A DNA stretch of 15,213 nucleotides from assembly GCA_016839745.1 (NCBI GenBank), contig JAEOTS010000104.1, positions 1 through 15,213 on the forward strand, in the 5' to 3' direction. The position numbers were made by a program, and so were the translations under genes. Positions 1 through 7,461 of this stretch are shown piece by piece (the first letter of the stretch is position 1; the number at the start of each line of letters is the position of its first letter). This stretch comes from Promethearchaeota archaeon (lineage in GTDB: Archaea; Asgardarchaeota; Lokiarchaeia; Sigyniarchaeales; SOKP01). Below the pieces are notes generated by a model that had not been told where the DNA came from, searched no databases, and saw only the letters and a list, made by a program, of their open reading frames with translations.

Positions 1-77
1 AACCACATAATATCTTCAAGACTACTGAATGTCTGGGCCCAATCTTCATTAAAAGTGAAAATATCAAACAACAACAT
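1..77 (-). CDS. 5' fragment of a hypothetical protein running off the window (MLLFDIFTFNEDWAQTFSSLEDIMW...)
   Basis: ATG at 77-75, frame open to position 1, AT-rich intergenic region upstream. Too short to assign a function. Confidence 0.45.
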   Translation of the reverse strand, partial: MLLFDIFTFNEDWAQTFSSLEDIMW

Positions 78-189
78 AGTACATCATTTTATTTGTTATA
101 TGTTTTAGAATTTCTTGAAATATTTATTTATTATTTATTGATGATACTAATTTAATCTTCTCAATTATAACTAACAAACAAAAGTTTAA

Positions 190-975
190 TTATTTCAATT
201 TCTTTACTTGTTCAGCTATTTTGCTCTTAATATCTTCGTACGACGGCGGGGGTCCGGTATTAATTTCATTACCATCGATAAAAAGAGCATCAGTAATACC
301 CCATTCTGAAAACGCTTCCCTATTGAATGTGTCTATTTCCGTAAAAACTACTTCATCTCCGAATTCTGAGGCCGCTCTTTTTGCTCTTTCAAACACGAGG
401 TTTTGAGAAGGACACCAACCGTTCAAAAATGCCGTTACCGATACTTTTCCCGGTATTTTCTTGGGTGTTTTTTTCTGTTTTATCCATTTAGGGGCAATAG
501 CATCTTCGGAAAAAGGTTTCCAGAGTAAAACTGAAATATTCTGTTCATCGACTTCTTCGTAACCTTGTTTTTTAAACCAAGAAGCTTGCATCCAAAAAGG
601 TAGAGACACTCCCCATGCTACCATTCCTTTAGCGCCTCTTTTTTGGACATCTTCCTCAGCAGCTTTTATCAGCTTCTTACCTATTCCTTTTTTCTGAAAG
701 TTCCCAACCCCCTCATCGTAACCGTGTACCCATACACAATTGATATAATATAGATCTTCTCCATCAGCAAAAGAATGCTCGATAGGAATGTATTGTATCA
801 TTCCTACCACCTCTTCTTTTTTGTTTAATGCTAATTTTACGCCAAGACCTTCATTTTTCATCTTATTGTACCAGCTCTCTTTATGGTTACCGGCTTCTTT
901 AATTTCGTCGCTCCAATCTTCTAAGCACATAAAATAAAGATTGTTGTATTTTTCTTCTAAATCTATAATCTCCAA
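190..975 (-). CDS. GNAT family N-acetyltransferase with C-terminal thioredoxin-like (YoaP-like) domain
   Basis: Acetyl-CoA binding motif A (FQKKGIGKKLIKAA), YYINCVWV, WFKKQGYEEV. C-terminal GWCPSQ...ALFIDG...GPP resembles a thioredoxin fold. TTG start with GTGAGG upstream. Confidence 0.85.
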   Translation of the reverse strand: MEIIDLEEKYNNLYFMCLEDWSDEIKEAGNHKESWYNKMKNEGLGVKLALNKKEEVVGMIQYIPIEHSFADGEDLYYINCVWVHGYDEGVGNFQKKGIGKKLIKAAEEDVQKRGAKGMVAWGVSLPFWMQASWFKKQGYEEVDEQNISVLLWKPFSEDAIAPKWIKQKKTPKKIPGKVSVTAFLNGWCPSQNLVFERAKRAASEFGDEVVFTEIDTFNREAFSEWGITDALFIDGNEINTGPPPSYEDIKSKIAEQVKKLK

Positions 976-1064
976 TTTTTCCTCACTAATCAGATTTTAA
1001 ATAGAATGACTAATGAATAATTAGATAATTAATAATAAAAAGGTGATAGATCTCTAATTTAGTA

Positions 1065-1406
1065 TTACATCCAAGAAGCGACTTTGGGAATTTGTGTTAA
1101 TATATCCACAAGTTCGTCGTAGTCGATGTTTTTTATTCTTGGATCAATCCTACTTGGTTCAATTCCTCGCGCTAATAGATCTGGTAGAAGTGCAAATACA
1201 GATACTGGGAGGTTTAACAATCTATTTAATAAATCTGGCATTGAACCATTTTGTGATGTTCCAATTACCCCATCGTGAATTAGAACGATTGCGATACTAA
1301 CATTGTTTTCAATTTGTTCACTTACAATACTCAATAAGTTGTCTAGATACATCTGTTTTCTAGTACTGAATCCATATAAATATACAATATCTTTCTCAAT
1401 TTCCAT
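1065..1406 (-). CDS. dsrH: DsrH/TusB-like sulfur relay subunit
   Basis: VLIHDGVIG, FALLPDLLARGI and IDYDELVDIL...SWM match the DsrH/TusB pattern. Third gene of a dsrEFH-like run. AGGTGA lies 5 nt before ATG 1406; alternative starts are 1412 and 1421. Confidence 0.8.
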   Translation of the reverse strand: MEIEKDIVYLYGFSTRKQMYLDNLLSIVSEQIENNVSIAIVLIHDGVIGTSQNGSMPDLLNRLLNLPVSVFALLPDLLARGIEPSRIDPRIKNIDYDELVDILTQIPKVASWM

Positions 1407-1424
1407 TTTCATCACCTTCACATA

Positions 1425-1793
1425 TCAATATCTATAAGTTACATCTGCCTTTAAGATTAATTTTGAGATTTCTTGCATATTTGCCACTTTTACATTATCA
1501 TATTCTATTAAATCCGAATCTTTTATACCCGCGACTTCTAAAGCAGAATCTAAAACGAAAACCTCTAAATCAGAAAGTTCCATTAACCTGAAAATGTTCG
1601 AAGGGGCGTCCCGATTAACTTTCTCAGGGTCAAACTTCTTGGATAAGAAGTAAACTGAATCACCCATAAAGATTATCTTACATTCATCTAGATCTCCTAT
1701 TGCCATAATTCCCGCGCCCATTCGGATCGCTTCGACAGCTGAATTCTTACCAATGGGAGAATCCTCACATAAAATTACTACTGATTTGACCAT
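1425..1793 (-). CDS. dsrF: DsrF/TusC-like DsrE-family protein
   Basis: VILCEDSPIG...EAIRMGAG, IFMGDSVYFL, VFVLDSALEVAGI. No Cys at the position of the DsrE catalytic Cys. ATG 1793 is preceded by GGAGGT; the ORF-track start at 1814 overlaps dsrE. Confidence 0.75.
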   Translation of the reverse strand: MVKSVVILCEDSPIGKNSAVEAIRMGAGIMAIGDLDECKIIFMGDSVYFLSKKFDPEKVNRDAPSNIFRLMELSDLEVFVLDSALEVAGIKDSDLIEYDNVKVANMQEISKLILKADVTYRY

Positions 1794-1797
1794 GATA

Positions 1798-2166
1798 TCA
1801 ACCTCCGGGACCAAATACTATTACTTTATCAGATTCAGCCATCCATTCTGACAATCCTCCTAAACCTACTTGACACGCACTTTTAATCAATTCCTCAGAT
1901 TTTAAGCCAGTAAAGTTCATCCAAGTACTACAGGCAGATAGACTCATTTCATTTTCGTTAACAAAATTTTCGAGTCGTTTAGGTAAATCTCTCATCGATG
2001 TGCTTATATTTATTTCTCGTTTCGCGCTATACACTCCGCTCCCGTAAAAAAAAATACCCAATATTTTATGACCCTTCTCGAGTATTGCTTGTCCTAAGTT
2101 AAGCATCGTGTCTAGAGCTTCGAATTTATAAGGCTCAGCGCATATAACAAAGGTAAAAACAACCAT
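1798..2166 (-). CDS. dsrE: DsrE/TusD-like sulfurtransferase subunit
   Basis: EPY, GHKILGIFFYGSGVY, LSACSTW (persulfide Cys equivalent to TusD/DsrE C78), GLGGLSEWMAESDKVIVF. Confidence 0.85.
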   Translation of the reverse strand: MVVFTFVICAEPYKFEALDTMLNLGQAILEKGHKILGIFFYGSGVYSAKREINISTSMRDLPKRLENFVNENEMSLSACSTWMNFTGLKSEELIKSACQVGLGGLSEWMAESDKVIVFGPGG

Positions 2167-2183
2167 ATTAACAAAATATATTT

Positions 2184-2195
2184 TTTATAAATAAA
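2184..2195 (-). promoter_or_regulatory. Putative TATA box for the dsrEFH operon (probably a near-leaderless mRNA)
   Basis: TTTATTTATAAA on the minus strand about 20-30 nt before ATG 2166; no SD motif. Confidence 0.35.
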
Positions 2196-2241
2196 TAGTT
2201 AATCCTAATAATTTCATCAAAAAAGAAAAAAAAAGAGATTT

Positions 2242-3066
2242 TTACTCTCTTATGTTAGTTTGATCCACATTAATCAAGCGGTTCTTAAAAATCAATAGAA
2301 GCAATAATAAAGCAGTTGCTAACAAAGCTCCTATTAAGTAATCAGGAGTTTTTGTTCGAATAATCTGTGTTGGAATGTTAATCGTTATAATAGTTAATGC
2401 CGCAACTATAGCTAGCCACCAGCCGTTCTGCTTACGTTCTGCCATCAGAGGGATAGAACCAAGAAGCATAAGTACAGCAATCCAATTCACCTCACCGGAT
2501 AACGTTAAAATCCACCATTCTAAACCCGCGAAACCAGGTTGGCCAGGTCTTGTAAGTAACATTCTTTGTGCTCCAACGCCAATAACAAATGCATGTGTAG
2601 CCATCATCCCAATAAACGTGTATGTGATTAAATTTACTATTTTTTCAAGGAGACTATCGTGCTTATGGAAGAGTAATACGCTCCAAAAGCCCAGCAATCC
2701 AACAAACGAGATCATCATAGGGATGGGGAAACCCCCTACGAAACTTATGTAAGGGAGAAACATGAACATTCCACTTATGGAAGGTATTGCATAAGCAGTT
2801 AATTCTACCTTCATCGTCCATTCCTTACCTTTATAGATTGATGGGACAATTGTTAATAGCACAATTCCCGCCACATATCCTACAGCTCGCCATAACGGAT
2901 AAAATAAGGAGAATAGAGTTATTCCACTGCTATACTGAGGTCCTGCAGCTTGAAGCGCGACTAAGAGAGGATCCAGAGAGATCTGGACTAGAATAGGCGC
3001 GACAAGGAGCATGAAGAGGCCAATAGCAACTGCGAAGACGCATTTGATCAAATTAATCTTCTTCAT
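2242..3066 (-). CDS. Hypothetical polytopic membrane protein (about 8 TM, apparent 2x4-TM internal repeat)
   Basis: 274-aa ORF with about 8 hydrophobic segments, GGTGG upstream, and T-rich runs after the stop (A-runs at about 2218-2234 on the + strand). Confidence 0.8.
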   Translation of the reverse strand: MKKINLIKCVFAVAIGLFMLLVAPILVQISLDPLLVALQAAGPQYSSGITLFSLFYPLWRAVGYVAGIVLLTIVPSIYKGKEWTMKVELTAYAIPSISGMFMFLPYISFVGGFPIPMMISFVGLLGFWSVLLFHKHDSLLEKIVNLITYTFIGMMATHAFVIGVGAQRMLLTRPGQPGFAGLEWWILTLSGEVNWIAVLMLLGSIPLMAERKQNGWWLAIVAALTIITINIPTQIIRTKTPDYLIGALLATALLLLLLIFKNRLINVDQTNIRE

Positions 3067-3144
3067 TTAGTTTCCACCATATAATTATTTTTTATGAGTT
3101 ATATTGTGTGTGTTATTTATGTTAAGGAAGTAAATAAATATGTT

Positions 3145-3160
3145 ACTTTACCCGTAAAGT
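3145..3160. promoter_or_regulatory. Inverted repeat ACTTTAC-CC-GTAAAGT, candidate transcription factor operator
   Basis: Perfect 7-bp arms, with an additional ACTTTAC half-site at 3177-3183, upstream of the membrane gene. Confidence 0.4.
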
Positions 3161-3331
3161 TATTTTTACTAAAAGGACTTTACATTAGATGAAAGGTGCA
3201 AATTAGCGATATATTCATAAGATTTTAAAAATATTAAATATCTCTTAGTAAATTATTTAAATATCTCTTTTATTTAATAAATTTTAATGATTTAAAAGAA
3301 AAATCTTATGTCAAGTAAGATTTCTTTTTTT

Positions 3332-3351
3332 ATATTAGATAAGCCTAATAT
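3332..3351. promoter_or_regulatory. DtxR/SirR-family metal repressor operator candidate
   Basis: ATATTAG-ATAAGC-CTAATAT has perfect 7-bp arms and the TTAG-N6-CTAA core. It abuts TTTAAA (3351-3356) upstream of the FTR1 gene. Confidence 0.6.
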
Positions 3352-3420
3352 TTAAATCTCTAATCTATTCTTATTATCATAGGAAACTTACTTTAAAATA
3401 CATTATATGGTGATTAAATA

Positions 3421-4299
3421 ATGCTTTATCAATTGTCACTTGTTGACTTATCAATCCCAATGTTTTTAGCGTTAAGAGAAGGATTAGAAGCTGTGTTAGT
3501 CGTAGTAATACTTTTGTTATACTTAAGAAAAACTAACCAAAGGATTTATTATAAGTATGTGTATTTAGGAATTATTTTAGCCACAATCGTAAGTATTGCG
3601 TTTGCTATAATATTCTCATTAGCCTTTGGTGGATTTACCGGTATCCTTGAACAAATATTTGAAGGAACAACATTTATCATATCTGGAATTTTCATTTTAA
3701 CATTAGTGCTATGGGTAAGCAAAGAAGGCTCAAAAATGAGAGAAAATCTCGAGGGGAAGGTGAAAGATTCGATCAAAACTCAAAAGGTATTTTCAATTTC
3801 AATTACCACATTTATTATTATAATAAGAGAAGGAATTGAATTAATCTTACTAACGACAGGTGCTACATCAATAAGTTCCTTAAATCAGGTTAGTGTTATA
3901 TTAGGTTCAATTATTGGGTTAGCAATTTCGATACTGATTGGGGTATTAATTTTCTATGGGATACAATCGATAAACCTGAGCATATTTTTCAAAATAACAA
4001 ATGTAATGCTAATAATATTTGCTGCAGGATTAATTACATATGGAATTCACGAGTTTATTGAGGCGGGAATAATTAACCCGATTATTAATGAAGTATGGAA
4101 TATTAAGCACATATTACCGGAAAAATTTCCTGATGGCAACCCTTCAACTCCTGAATTTTTAGAAATTATTGGGGCATTGCTAAAAGCTCTCTTTGGGTAT
4201 AATGCTAATCCCTCTTTGCTAGAAGTAATTATTTATCCAGTTTTATTAATCTCTATTGGTTTGATCTCATTGTTAATCTGGAGAAAAAATAATAACTAG
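3421..4299 (+). CDS. ftr1: FTR1/EfeU family high-affinity iron permease
   Basis: Two REGxE motifs (LREGLEAVL, IREGIELIL), about 7 TM, AAGLITYGIHEFIEAG, LKALFGYNANPS. SD GGTGA at 3409-3413. Confidence 0.93.
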   Translation: MLYQLSLVDLSIPMFLALREGLEAVLVVVILLLYLRKTNQRIYYKYVYLGIILATIVSIAFAIIFSLAFGGFTGILEQIFEGTTFIISGIFILTLVLWVSKEGSKMRENLEGKVKDSIKTQKVFSISITTFIIIIREGIELILLTTGATSISSLNQVSVILGSIIGLAISILIGVLIFYGIQSINLSIFFKITNVMLIIFAAGLITYGIHEFIEAGIINPIINEVWNIKHILPEKFPDGNPSTPEFLEIIGALLKALFGYNANPSLLEVIIYPVLLISIGLISLLIWRKNNN

Positions 4300-4318
4300 A
4301 TTTTTTTCTTTAATTTTT
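4300..4318 (+). terminator. Oligo-T archaeal terminator after ftr1
   Basis: T-rich tract directly after the stop codon, between convergent genes. Confidence 0.4.
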
Positions 4319-4345
4319 AAGGATAGAGAAATTATACTTTTATTC

Positions 4346-5296
4346 TTATTTGGAATAATGGTCAGGTTCAGGATGTACCTCGTGTAAAAATGTAAGATCA
4401 AAAATGTCCCTAATTCGTAGCTCTTTTTTAATATAACCTAGATCTTTGAGAGCCTTCACGAATTCCATTGTAGATTTAATATATCCTTCTGAAAGTGCTA
4501 TGCAATATTTAGGAGAGATTTTCAACACATCTGAAACATACTTTTCGGTTAAGATTTCAAAAGTTTTTGATATAATATTAGCTGCCTTTGAAGGAGATTC
4601 TCTAAGTAATAAAGACGCTTCCTTATTGTGTTTTAAGAATTCTAATACGGTTTCAGGATGGTTTTCTATTATATTTTCGTGAAAGAAGATACCATAACTC
4701 GGATTATCCTTCCATAAATATTGAGGAGGAATTATTACATGGGAATCAAAAATGGTTGAAGAAAAAACTGCTAGAGCAGGCGTACCGACTCCTCCTTCAA
4801 TTTTTCCCTTTTTTATATCTGTAGCGATAAATTCTGCTTGTTTATAATGTTTTACTTCAATATCACCCAATAGATTGTACTTTTCTAAATAAAAATTAAG
4901 GATTACATCGTGAATAGATCCTTTACTTGGAACTCCAATAGCACTTCCTTTGAATTGAGAAAAAACGTTAGAAAGATTATTATTAAACTGAGTTAATGTT
5001 TTATAATCTTTGTTAGCAACCATTATGGTTCCTTCCACATGACCGCCAGCTACACACTTGATGGGTACTCCTTTGTCAATTCCAATTATTGCGGGGGGTA
5101 ATCCCATGTAACATATTTCTAAATTATTATTTTGGAAAGCTTCGATCATCGCGGGACCTGTTCCAAACAATTTCCACTGAATGTCCCTGCTAAAGTCTCT
5201 TTTTAAGTCCTTATTTCCCATTATTACAAAATTAGCATGATACGCCGTAGAGAGGTGACCAATCCTCAAATTATTTTTTTTAATCAAAAGCACCAA
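4346..5296 (-). CDS. SsuA/TauA/NMT1-like (type II periplasmic-binding fold) protein lacking a signal peptide
   Basis: LRIGHL, FGTGPAMIEAF, YMGLPPAIIG, KGSAIGVPSKGSIHDVIL, IIENHPETVLEFLK, LKDLGYI. No permease or ATPase gene in the window. Confidence 0.85.
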   Translation of the reverse strand: MVLLIKKNNLRIGHLSTAYHANFVIMGNKDLKRDFSRDIQWKLFGTGPAMIEAFQNNNLEICYMGLPPAIIGIDKGVPIKCVAGGHVEGTIMVANKDYKTLTQFNNNLSNVFSQFKGSAIGVPSKGSIHDVILNFYLEKYNLLGDIEVKHYKQAEFIATDIKKGKIEGGVGTPALAVFSSTIFDSHVIIPPQYLWKDNPSYGIFFHENIIENHPETVLEFLKHNKEASLLLRESPSKAANIISKTFEILTEKYVSDVLKISPKYCIALSEGYIKSTMEFVKALKDLGYIKKELRIRDIFDLTFLHEVHPEPDHYSK

Positions 5297-5422
5297 AATT
5301 TTTATTTTGAAATTACACTAACACCACTTTGTTTACAATTTATAACCACAATAATTAATTTCTTTTAATTTTTTTAAGTTTTTGATTATAAATTTAAATT
5401 GAAATAAACAACCATCATCCAA

Positions 5423-5710
5423 ATGATTGACATTAGAATAAATTTTTTATCGCTACTTGCAGATATTACTAAAATCAAAGAATTAGATTTATCGGTTCAA
5501 AAAAATTCTACTGTTAAAGAGATTATTAAAAGCCTTATTTTAAAATTTGGAGAAGAGTTTGAAACAGCAATTTTGGATTCCCCAGATTCTTTAAGTAAAT
5601 ACATAATTCTAGGTTTAAACGGTAAAGATATTCGAACACTTAATAATTTAGATACCATCGTTAACCATCATGATGAAATTCTACTTTTACCTGCGATAGC
5701 TGGAGGATAA
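5423..5710 (+). CDS. MoaD/ThiS/SAMP ubiquitin-like sulfur carrier
   Basis: 95-aa beta-grasp pattern: TVKEII, LNGKDIRTLNNLDT, C-terminal LLPAIAGG. Confidence 0.92.
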   Translation: MIDIRINFLSLLADITKIKELDLSVQKNSTVKEIIKSLILKFGEEFETAILDSPDSLSKYIILGLNGKDIRTLNNLDTIVNHHDEILLLPAIAGG

Positions 5711-5741
5711 AAAGAATAGGGCCAAAAATTTTCAATACAAT

Positions 5742-6005
5742 TTAGAGTTTCTTTAGAATCATGATCCATTCTGATTTTTCAGAAGGATTTTCTTTTATTT
5801 CTACTAGTTCTGCAATACTTTGTCTTTTACAACTTTCAGGGATATTCTTAAGAGCTGCCGGAAAATCTAAATAAATTTCTAAAAATGCATCCGTTTCGAG
5901 TTCTTCTATAGCTAATTTCGTGTAAACAAATGTTAGTGGACACACCTTACCTCGAATATCTAGTTGTTTACTGATTTTGTAACCTGGTTTATTTTTACTA
6001 CTCAT
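5742..6005 (-). CDS. tusA: TusA/SirA family sulfurtransferase
   Basis: LDIRGKVCPLTFV (TusA CPxP-like motif), LEIYLDFPAALKNIP. ATG 6005 overlaps the E1 stop by 8 nt; the ORF track starts at 6014. Confidence 0.9.
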   Translation of the reverse strand: MSSKNKPGYKISKQLDIRGKVCPLTFVYTKLAIEELETDAFLEIYLDFPAALKNIPESCKRQSIAELVEIKENPSEKSEWIMILKKL

Positions 6006-6807
6006 TGCACGCATCTAAACCCCCATAATTCGTGCTCTCGACTAAATCTCTTGCGTTATCTCCGCATGCCATACAATTATCATTTCTGTGTACCTCTATA
6101 AAATCAAAACTGTTTCTTAAAAGATCTACGTACATTATTTTGTTTGTTAACAATTCCCCTATACCTAATAAATATTTTAACGCTTCATTAGCTTCCAAAC
6201 AACCTAAAACTCCAGGAACAAAACCAATCACTCCTGCTTGAGAACACGACATACTAGAATCACCCTCAGTGCTATCTCCAAACACACACCTGTAGCACGA
6301 AGTTTTATTTTCAGGAACTACAGTCATAATCTGCCCGTGAAATCTCAAAACTCCCGCAATCGTGAATGGAATTCGTAGGCTAACACATGTATCATTAATT
6401 AACATCTTCGTTGGAATGTTATCCGAACCTTCAATAACAAAATCTGAATTTTTAAGCAATTTTTTAGAATTTTTAGGCGTAATTCTATCGTTAACCACCT
6501 CTATCTTACAATCGGGATTTAACGAATTTAGCTTTTCTGTGGCGCTAGTAGTTTTTTTCCTATTAATGTCCTCTGTAAAATGTAATATTTGTCTATGTAA
6601 ATTTGATATTTCTATAGTATCAAAGTCGATAATCTGTAGAGCCCCGACGCCAGCGGCAGTTAAGTAGATAGCGGTTGACGATCCGAGCGCTCCGAGCCCA
6701 ATTACTGTAATTTTCGAACTCAGCAACTTCTTCTGTCCTATTCCTCCTACTTCTTTTAACACTATTTGACGAGAATATCGTTCGATCTGATCTTTAGTTA
6801 AATCCAT
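5998..6807 (-). CDS. moeB: HesA/MoeB/ThiF family E1-like ubiquitin-like-protein adenylyltransferase (UbaA-like)
   Basis: RYSRQIVL, GLGALG nucleotide-binding loop, DFDTIEISNLHRQ, GSDN, Zn motifs CYRC and CMAC, active-site Cys in SCSQAGVIG. No rhodanese domain. Confidence 0.93.
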   Translation of the reverse strand: MDLTKDQIERYSRQIVLKEVGGIGQKKLLSSKITVIGLGALGSSTAIYLTAAGVGALQIIDFDTIEISNLHRQILHFTEDINRKKTTSATEKLNSLNPDCKIEVVNDRITPKNSKKLLKNSDFVIEGSDNIPTKMLINDTCVSLRIPFTIAGVLRFHGQIMTVVPENKTSCYRCVFGDSTEGDSSMSCSQAGVIGFVPGVLGCLEANEALKYLLGIGELLTNKIMYVDLLRNSFDFIEVHRNDNCMACGDNARDLVESTNYGGLDACNE

Positions 6808-6893
6808 CTACATTCAATTTTTGTTTAATTATCTATTAAAAAATCCTTTCGTATTATAAAAAAAAAGCTGTTGTATTAGAAGGGGTTTAACAA

Positions 6894-7400
6894 TTAATCA
6901 AAATATTCTACAATCTCATCTAAAGATTTCCGTGGCCTTGGTTCTGGTATTCCTCCATAAGGGTACCCTAATGGAAGAATAGTCAATAAGTAGTCTTTTT
7001 CTTTAAGGTTTAATAATTGTTTTACTTTCTCTCTATTGATATTTCCAATAAAGCAAGTTCCAATACCAAAGTTCCAAGCGGCTAAAGCCATTTGCAGCGA
7101 AACAAAACACATATCCTGTAAATACCAATTTGGTTGTGCTGCAACATCACCAACAAGAGCTACTAATACCGGCGCTTCAGCTGCAAAAGTTCCAGTTGTA
7201 CATTCCTTAGCCACTTTTGAAATAAGTTCTGCATTTCGAATTACATAAAATTTCCATGGTTGTCGATTTACTGCGCTCCAGCACCAACGGGTGGCCTCAA
7301 ATATTTGAGTAAGAATATCGTCTTCTATAGGACGCGAATCATATCTTCGTATACTCCTTCTTTCCTTTAGTAATCTTATCTTTTCATTTTCACTCATCAT
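6894..7400 (-). CDS. Nitroreductase family (FMN-dependent) protein
   Basis: RRSIRRY, SAVNRQPWKF, QMALAAWNFGIGTCFIG, LPLGYP, RPRKSLDEIV. Confidence 0.92.
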   Translation of the reverse strand: MMSENEKIRLLKERRSIRRYDSRPIEDDILTQIFEATRWCWSAVNRQPWKFYVIRNAELISKVAKECTTGTFAAEAPVLVALVGDVAAQPNWYLQDMCFVSLQMALAAWNFGIGTCFIGNINREKVKQLLNLKEKDYLLTILPLGYPYGGIPEPRPRKSLDEIVEYFD

Positions 7401-7461
7401 AAATACCTTCTTGAATATTTGAGTATTTTTTATAGTAATTTAATTCAATCATTATAATTAA

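Noticed and set aside
1425-1800. TGA stops of dsrE and dsrF as possible selenocysteine codons
   Set aside because: Both fall at the expected family C-termini, not at catalytic Cys positions. dsrE read-through closes after 10 codons and no convincing SECIS was seen.
1798-1806. DsrE ends in Gly-Gly, like an E1 substrate
   Set aside because: The codons GGA GGT are the SD of dsrF, and DsrE is not a beta-grasp fold. The motif is most likely a by-product of translational coupling.
2046-2054. A9 homopolymer inside dsrE as a phase-variation tract
   Set aside because: It encodes the conserved IFFY motif in frame, and such runs are expected in AT-rich DNA.
5998-7400. E1-like + nitroreductase pair as a TOMM/RiPP azole biosynthesis cluster
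   Set aside because: There is no YcaO gene or precursor peptide, and the E1 has full canonical MoeB motifs with a cognate Ubl nearby.
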